64,000 bases of DNA, taken from assembly GCA_965207735.1 (NCBI GenBank), contig OZ242296.1, forward strand, positions 128,001-192,000, read 5' to 3'. Shown here in pieces: positions 58,759 to 64,000 of the stretch (its first letter is position 1; each line of letters starts with the position of its first letter). The notes under the pieces were generated by a model, which did not search any database, was not told where the DNA came from, and was given only the letters and a program-made list of their open reading frames with translations. The DNA comes from Candidatus Versatilivorator sp. (GTDB lineage Bacteria > Acidobacteriota > Terriglobia > Versatilivoradales > Versatilivoraceae). Both the position numbers and the translations under genes were made by a program.

Positions 58759-59559
58759 TCAGGGGCCGATCAACTGCAGCCAGTCTACGAAAATGAACTC
58801 CATGCGGCCGACCAGCAGGGCAATTCGGCCCATCACGGTATAGCCGAAGGCTGCCCCGAAGGTGATCATGAGGATCCAGATCCCACCGCGGGACACCTGG
58901 CCCAGGAAGCCCTTGTGCTCCACGGAGAAGAAGAAGTAGATCAGGGCCGCCAGCAACCCGAACACGGTCACCAGGGCTGTCAGGGTCCCGATCCAATCGA
59001 TTCCCAAAAAGGCCGTCTGGCTGGGTTCCACCAGGGGAATCAGGGCGGGTGAGACCTGCTTGGTGAAATCGCTGACCAGATATCTGGTCAGGTTGGTGCC
59101 GGCGGCCCAACCCACAATGACCGCCAGCGGCCAACGGGCGATCCAGGTTCCCTTGGGCGCCAGCCGCCACAACAGCAGGCAACCGAGAACCAGTTGCACC
59201 AGGGCCATGCTCCGGTCGACAGGATCCACTTCCAACGGGACCTGGGCCATGTGCTCGTTCACAAAATGGGGAGCCAGCCTCCCCAGCATGTTGGGAATGA
59301 GCTGTTGCCAGATGCCCTGGACCATCCAGTAAGCCGCCGAGACCCCGATAAAGAGTGATTCCGCGAAGCGATAGAAGGGGTTGTCGTCGTATAGAAAGCT
59401 GAGGATGGAGAGGGTCAGAAAGGCTGCGAACCAGGTGCCCAGGCCGGCCCCGCTGACCCAGAATCCTTCCATCTGCCCCAGAGCGCTCCAGACCAGGGCG
59501 AACACCACCATAAGCCCTACCGCACCCACCACCAAGAAACGCCTGGTCTGCTCGTTCAT
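58759..59559 (-). CDS. Conserved hypothetical integral membrane protein
   Basis: ~7 TM; 'SFLYDDNPFYRFAESLFIG', 'YFFFS', 'ITFGAAFGYTVMGRI'. Confidence 0.85.
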   Translation of the reverse strand: MNEQTRRFLVVGAVGLMVVFALVWSALGQMEGFWVSGAGLGTWFAAFLTLSILSFLYDDNPFYRFAESLFIGVSAAYWMVQGIWQQLIPNMLGRLAPHFVNEHMAQVPLEVDPVDRSMALVQLVLGCLLLWRLAPKGTWIARWPLAVIVGWAAGTNLTRYLVSDFTKQVSPALIPLVEPSQTAFLGIDWIGTLTALVTVFGLLAALIYFFFSVEHKGFLGQVSRGGIWILMITFGAAFGYTVMGRIALLVGRMEFIFVDWLQLIGP

Positions 59560-59563
59560 TGAC

Positions 59564-60466
59564 TTACTTTTCCAGAGACTTCAGCCGTTCACCCGACGAT
59601 CCGCGTGAGGCAAAGTAGGCGATGTTCCCGACCACCAGGAACAGGATGATCACCAGGTGGGCCAGGGTTTGGGGACCCATGCGTCGAATGGCGGCAAACC
59701 TCTCCGTATCCGCCCCGTAGGCTTCCGAGTACCCCTTGATCAGGAGGGACTCGTACTCGGCGGCCGCTTTCAGGCCGCCCATGATCCCGCTGAGCTGCCT
59801 CGGATAGTAGGGGTAGAGCAACGGCGCCATGACCGCGGTAACCCCTCCGGCGACCGGTACGCCGGTGCGATCGCCCCCGAACTGGATCCACTCCTTGAGT
59901 CCGGGATACCCCCCGCTGACGTTGAGGATGAGATCCATGTCCTTGAGCCCCTTGACGTTCTGCATTATGGGGATCTTGTCGATGGGCGTACCTTCGACAT
60001 CCGACTGATAGAGAGTGCGAAAGTCCGCCACCACCACCTGGATGACCCCTTGTCCGCCCGGCCTGAAGCCCAGCATGACATAATCCCGGCCATACCTGTA
60101 GTCGGAGAACTCCTGCTCCAGCACCTGATCGACCGTCTTTAGCGTTTGCGCTTGACCGGTAGGCCACAGGCACATGAAGAACAGCTTCTGCTTGCGGCGG
60201 CCGAGGTGGCGGACATAGCTGTCGGCCATGGGCTGGAGCTCGGGCTCGCTTTCGGGGCCGTAATCGAATGGGAGCAGAACATTGGAGCCGGGGGGAAGCG
60301 CCTCGATTCGATCATAGATGGCCTGAACCTCGGGAGTTGCGACTTCGTCGATGGTCAGGTCGAAGGCCAGAGGAATCACGACCGCCAGCATGATGAACAG
60401 GAAGATCCAGCGTCGGTCAATGACCTGCAGGCGTTCAAACATCGAGGGTCTTTCCTTTTGAGCCAT
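59564..60466 (-). CDS. Conserved hypothetical membrane protein with soluble alpha/beta domain
   Basis: TM at each end; 'FDYGPESEPELQP', 'YGRDYVMLGF', 'GGLKAAAEYE'. Confidence 0.85.
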   Translation of the reverse strand: MAQKERPSMFERLQVIDRRWIFLFIMLAVVIPLAFDLTIDEVATPEVQAIYDRIEALPPGSNVLLPFDYGPESEPELQPMADSYVRHLGRRKQKLFFMCLWPTGQAQTLKTVDQVLEQEFSDYRYGRDYVMLGFRPGGQGVIQVVVADFRTLYQSDVEGTPIDKIPIMQNVKGLKDMDLILNVSGGYPGLKEWIQFGGDRTGVPVAGGVTAVMAPLLYPYYPRQLSGIMGGLKAAAEYESLLIKGYSEAYGADTERFAAIRRMGPQTLAHLVIILFLVVGNIAYFASRGSSGERLKSLEK

Positions 60467-60478
60467 GCGGATTTCGTC

Positions 60479-61315
60479 CTAGTCGTTATCGCTTCCCAGA
60501 TAAGAGCGTTCCACTCCGAGGATGAGTCGGAGCGACATGGAAATGATGCCCAGGCAGATACCGATCATGATGGCCCGTTGACCCGCCAACTGGGGCACGA
60601 CCATGATCCAGTTGACCAGGTCGGGAACGGTCAGGAGGTAGAAGTCTCCTCCTCCGGCCAGGATCAGGTAACCATAGAGGGTGCGAGCCAGCACAAAGGC
60701 GGCTAGTGCGCCAATCAACGAAAGTGAGACCCAGCGCTTGGAGCGGTATTGCTCCCATGCAAGGTAGGCCAGCAGAGCACCGAACAGCAGCTCGAGGGAG
60801 CCAGGCAAGGTTTCGGTGAGCGCCGTGCCCACCAGCGTCCGGCCCAGCAGGATGATCAGGGCCGCGATCAGCAGGACGGTGGCTTCCCGGTTCTTGGCCC
60901 GGAAGGCCCGATAGGAAGCGGAAGCCACAAAGAAGGCCAGCAGGGAGAAGGTGGTCGCCGACAGGGGAAGGAAGCAGTAGTCGTAGGCGGCTTGAAACCA
61001 GCTCCCTTCAGCCTCCAGGGCGTGCTTGACTCCGGACGGTCCGCCCACCTTGAAGAGCCCGATGGCCAGCACGGCGAAAAAGCCCGTCATGGTGACCGCG
61101 CTGTACCCCCAACCGGGCTGAGAACGGGAGATCTTGGCCAGGTGGATCTTGGCCAGGTTGCCCCCGCCCAGCACGAAGGCGAAGGCGGCCAGCACGTCAA
61201 AGGTGATGGACAGGCTCTCGTTGAGCTGGTCGAAGGGCGGGTGGGGGATGAAGGCCTCGAACAGCATGATGACCCCCACCACAAACGTGATCAGCAACGG
61301 TATCTGTCGTCGCAT
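60479..61315 (-). CDS. Conserved hypothetical integral membrane protein
   Basis: 'PLSATTFSLLAFFVASASYRAFRA', 'AGQRAIMIG', 'LRLILGVERSYLG'. Confidence 0.85.
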   Translation of the reverse strand: MRRQIPLLITFVVGVIMLFEAFIPHPPFDQLNESLSITFDVLAAFAFVLGGGNLAKIHLAKISRSQPGWGYSAVTMTGFFAVLAIGLFKVGGPSGVKHALEAEGSWFQAAYDYCFLPLSATTFSLLAFFVASASYRAFRAKNREATVLLIAALIILLGRTLVGTALTETLPGSLELLFGALLAYLAWEQYRSKRWVSLSLIGALAAFVLARTLYGYLILAGGGDFYLLTVPDLVNWIMVVPQLAGQRAIMIGICLGIISMSLRLILGVERSYLGSDND

Positions 61316-61324
61316 TCGGGTTTC

Positions 61325-62524
61325 CTAGACGAACATCTCCAGCTTGAGAAAATCCACCACCGACTGAAGGCCTCCACTTCCCGTCCACAGCGCCAGGGTG
61401 GCGGTGAGGCTCCCCAGAAGAATGGCCCCCATCACGATCAGCTTGCCCACATCCTGCCCCTTGAGACTGCCCAGTTGCTTGGGATCGCCGCTCAGATAGG
61501 CGCTGGCCGCGAAGAGTTCCTCGCCCATCAGCGTGTAGTCACAGGCCGCCACGAAGAATGGAAGCTGAGAAGGCATGGCGGTGCCGGCGATCTGGATGGC
61601 CCCGATCCGGTTGCCGGTCTCGGCCAGCAGCAGGGATTCGGCGAAAAAGGCTCCCATGTAGAGGCAGGTGGCCGGCTCGTCCCGAAGCAGCATGCCGTTG
61701 ACCCCGGCGACGTAGCCGAACTGCTCGTCGGTGAGGTAGTGGACCATGTCCTCGTTGTAGCTCTCGGGGCGGCCGGCTTCCAGGTAGGCCTGCCTCACCA
61801 CCTCCCTGCCGGTGGTCATGACCAGAGAGCGGCTGACCGGGACGTCCAACTTGGCGTCGTACTCGGCGATGGTGCGGGAGACGTATCCCAGCAGGGTGAG
61901 ACCGGCCAGGGTCTGAACGTTGTCCATGTCCATGATCCCCGGCACGAAGACTACCGGCCGCCCCATCTCGGTGGCGCGGCCCACGGCTTCGTCGACAGCT
62001 TCCAGGCCCGCGATCTTGCGCACGAACAGTTTGCGGCCTCGGCTCGCCAGCTGGATAAAGAGGATGACAAAGAAACAGATGGTGCCGCCGATGATGAGAA
62101 TCCACAGCTTGTCCCGGTCGAACCACTGGGCCCTGGATTCTCCGGTCACGACTTCGGAAGAGGCACTGGAGTCGGCCGTTGTGGCCACTACCTTGAAAGA
62201 ATAGCGGACACCCCGTTCGGCGCTGGAGAATGTCCACGCCTCCTCGCCGGGGCCCACCGATCCCAGCGACAGCCAGGAGGCCTCCTCGGTGCCCGGAGCC
62301 GTTTCCTCGGGCACGGGTGACCGGAAGACTTCATAGGAGAGGACCCCGGGATCGGGGGAATCCTTCCAGCGGATTTCGATGGCGTGCCCCGAATCGTTGG
62401 GCACGTCCGACGCTTGCACTCCGGTCGGCGGAGACGGTGCCTTCGAAGGAGCGTCCTGCGCCTCGAGCAGCGGAGCGAGTGCCAGGGTGGCGACCCATAG
62501 AGCCGGCGCACAACGGAATTTCAT
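61325..62524 (-). CDS. Fibronectin type III + DUF6754-like membrane protein
   Basis: Signal peptide, FN3-like 'PTGVQASD..W...YEV...YSFKV', TM, 'RKIAGLEAVDEAVGRATEMGRP', 'GEELFAASAYLS'. Confidence 0.8.
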   Translation of the reverse strand: MKFRCAPALWVATLALAPLLEAQDAPSKAPSPPTGVQASDVPNDSGHAIEIRWKDSPDPGVLSYEVFRSPVPEETAPGTEEASWLSLGSVGPGEEAWTFSSAERGVRYSFKVVATTADSSASSEVVTGESRAQWFDRDKLWILIIGGTICFFVILFIQLASRGRKLFVRKIAGLEAVDEAVGRATEMGRPVVFVPGIMDMDNVQTLAGLTLLGYVSRTIAEYDAKLDVPVSRSLVMTTGREVVRQAYLEAGRPESYNEDMVHYLTDEQFGYVAGVNGMLLRDEPATCLYMGAFFAESLLLAETGNRIGAIQIAGTAMPSQLPFFVAACDYTLMGEELFAASAYLSGDPKQLGSLKGQDVGKLIVMGAILLGSLTATLALWTGSGGLQSVVDFLKLEMFV

Positions 62525-63654
62525 CAGTCGCGACCCTCGATTATCTCGACGTTGGCCCGGGGCACGTAAACCGGCTCTTCCAGGCCCTCCACCCGCACCG
62601 AAACCACCCTGGCCCTGGACCCCGAATCCAGCCGGGTCGGCTCGGAGGGCAGGGCCGCCACCCGGCCCAGCTTTCCGAACCAGGGATTGCGGATGATGCG
62701 GACGGTGCTTCCGACGTCCATGCCCTGCTCCCGGGTCCGCTCCAGTGACTGCGGAGCCGCGCCCTTGAGGGGGATAATCACCTCGGGGCGAATGACTCCG
62801 GCTCGAATCTGGGTGGCTCCGTTGATGGAGGCCCGCTGTCCCTGGTGGCGTTTCAACAGCCTGAAGGTGCGGGGCGCCATGTCGATTCTTCCAAATCCTT
62901 CGGTGACGATCAAGGTCACACCGAGATTTTCATGTCCGGTAATGGCCACACCGAGGTCATGGCCCAGGAATCGCCGCAGGTCCTGGTCATCGAATCCTCC
63001 CGCCACCACGCCGCGGATGCCGAGATCAACCGCCTTCTGAAGGGCGGCTCCGGTGACCAGCGACCCTCCGACCACCACCCGGCCGCGCAGGTCCGACGAG
63101 AGCGACTCTTCGTCCAGGACCTCTCGGGGCGAGGAGGAAACCATGGCAATCTCACCGGCGGCCTCGCCTCCGATGCCAAAGATTCCCTGAATCAGGGTCC
63201 CGCAGCTTTCGACCACCACCCCCTGCTCGGGCACCACCTCCCGGACCCGGCCCTCGATGTAGGCCTCGACTTCAACCGGTTGTGGCGGGCCCCGCAGCAC
63301 CACCTGTCCGGTGACACCGGAAATGCTTTCGATGGTCCCATCCAGGGTGGCCGCCGCTCGGGAGGTGAGCAGGCCGAACAGCGACCTGGCTTCGGCAATG
63401 ACCTCGCCCTGGCGCACCTGCTCGCCCTCCTTCTTGAGCATGGCGCCCGGCACGTCGCTTTGATCGACACCCATCTTGTTGGCGACGTTGACGATTTCGA
63501 CCTTGCCCGGCAGGAAGGTGCGGGCCACCACCTGGTGGGGCTCGACCCTGGCTCCCTCCTCCACCACCACCTCCCCCGGAATGGGCAGAAGCCGCCGCCT
63601 GTGGAGCAACTCGTTCTCCGTCACCTTGAGACCGGGAGTGTAGGCGTGGGCCAT
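62524..63654 (-). CDS. Conserved hypothetical soluble protein (barrel-sandwich hybrid repeats, C-terminal KOW-like)
   Basis: 'MAHAYTPGL', 'GEVVVEEGARV', 'KKEGEQVRQGEVIA', 'TEGFG', 'NGATQIRAGVIRPE', 'GSTVRIIRNPWFG'. Confidence 0.85.
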   Translation of the reverse strand: MAHAYTPGLKVTENELLHRRRLLPIPGEVVVEEGARVEPHQVVARTFLPGKVEIVNVANKMGVDQSDVPGAMLKKEGEQVRQGEVIAEARSLFGLLTSRAAATLDGTIESISGVTGQVVLRGPPQPVEVEAYIEGRVREVVPEQGVVVESCGTLIQGIFGIGGEAAGEIAMVSSSPREVLDEESLSSDLRGRVVVGGSLVTGAALQKAVDLGIRGVVAGGFDDQDLRRFLGHDLGVAITGHENLGVTLIVTEGFGRIDMAPRTFRLLKRHQGQRASINGATQIRAGVIRPEVIIPLKGAAPQSLERTREQGMDVGSTVRIIRNPWFGKLGRVAALPSEPTRLDSGSRARVVSVRVEGLEEPVYVPRANVEIIEGRD

Positions 63655-63658
63655 GGCT

Positions 63659-64000
63659 TCAGCGAGGGATCGCCCCCGGGGAATAGACGCCGATTTCCTC
63701 GATCCAGGTTTTCAGGGCGCCAATTCTCTCGGCCGGATCCGAGTGGAGCGACAGGGGCCGCCCCCGGCAATCGACAACCAGTCCGACGGTTCCTCCTTGA
63801 ACCGTGGCTTCCAGCGGCACACCCTTGCCGGATCCCAGGTCGAAATCCCGGGCGGGGTCCAGGTAAACCCGGGCCTCGGCGCCGGTCTCCAACGGGTGCC
63901 GGCGCATCTCGCCAACTCGGAGGGTCTCCCGTCTCTCTTTGCCTCCGGGAAGCTCCAGCCTGTAGGCCAGGGCCGGCCGGCCCGGCTTGGCCGTGCCCCG
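63659..64000 (-). CDS. C-terminus of GlmL/MutL (glutamate mutase L)-like protein (5' part outside window)
   Basis: Frame open to window end; 'FDLGSGKG...GGTVGLVVDCRGRPL' recalled as the C-terminus of long GlmL-like proteins that precede this gene set. Confidence 0.65.
   Translation of the reverse strand, partial: RGTAKPGRPALAYRLELPGGKERRETLRVGEMRRHPLETGAEARVYLDPARDFDLGSGKGVPLEATVQGGTVGLVVDCRGRPLSLHSDPAERIGALKTWIEEIGVYSPGAIPR

Overview
GC-rich bacterial chromosomal window. The gene set (DUF1553/DUF1501, PQQ-type propellers, FG-GAP protein) suggests an Acidobacteriota/PVC-like organism; this is inference only. Most of it is catabolic or housekeeping genes: Fe-ADH, enolase-superfamily dehydratase, dipeptidase, creatininase, ThDP enzymes, fhs, 2-oxoacid:ferredoxin oxidoreductase, gap and higBA. 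Five things stand out. (1) Two divergent IS1634-family elements, one inserted inside the terminal inverted repeat of the other. (2) A PspA/ESCRT-III operon (YjfI/CesT-like, pspA, DUF4178, DUF2617, coiled-coil protein with an R/S/G/Y tail, double DUF350, membrane-bound aminopropyltransferase). (3) An 868-nt group II intron that has lost its RT ORF but whose EBS1 matches its insertion site. (4) At least four families of small interspersed repeats, one of which looks like internally deleted GxxExxY-nuclease elements. (5) At the right end, a tightly coupled uncharacterised operon: GlmL/MutL-like actin-fold protein, barrel-sandwich/KOW protein, FN3-DUF6754 protein and three more membrane proteins, the best candidate for an undescribed membrane machine. 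No rRNA, tRNA or CRISPR array was seen. Family names come from motif recognition, not database searches.
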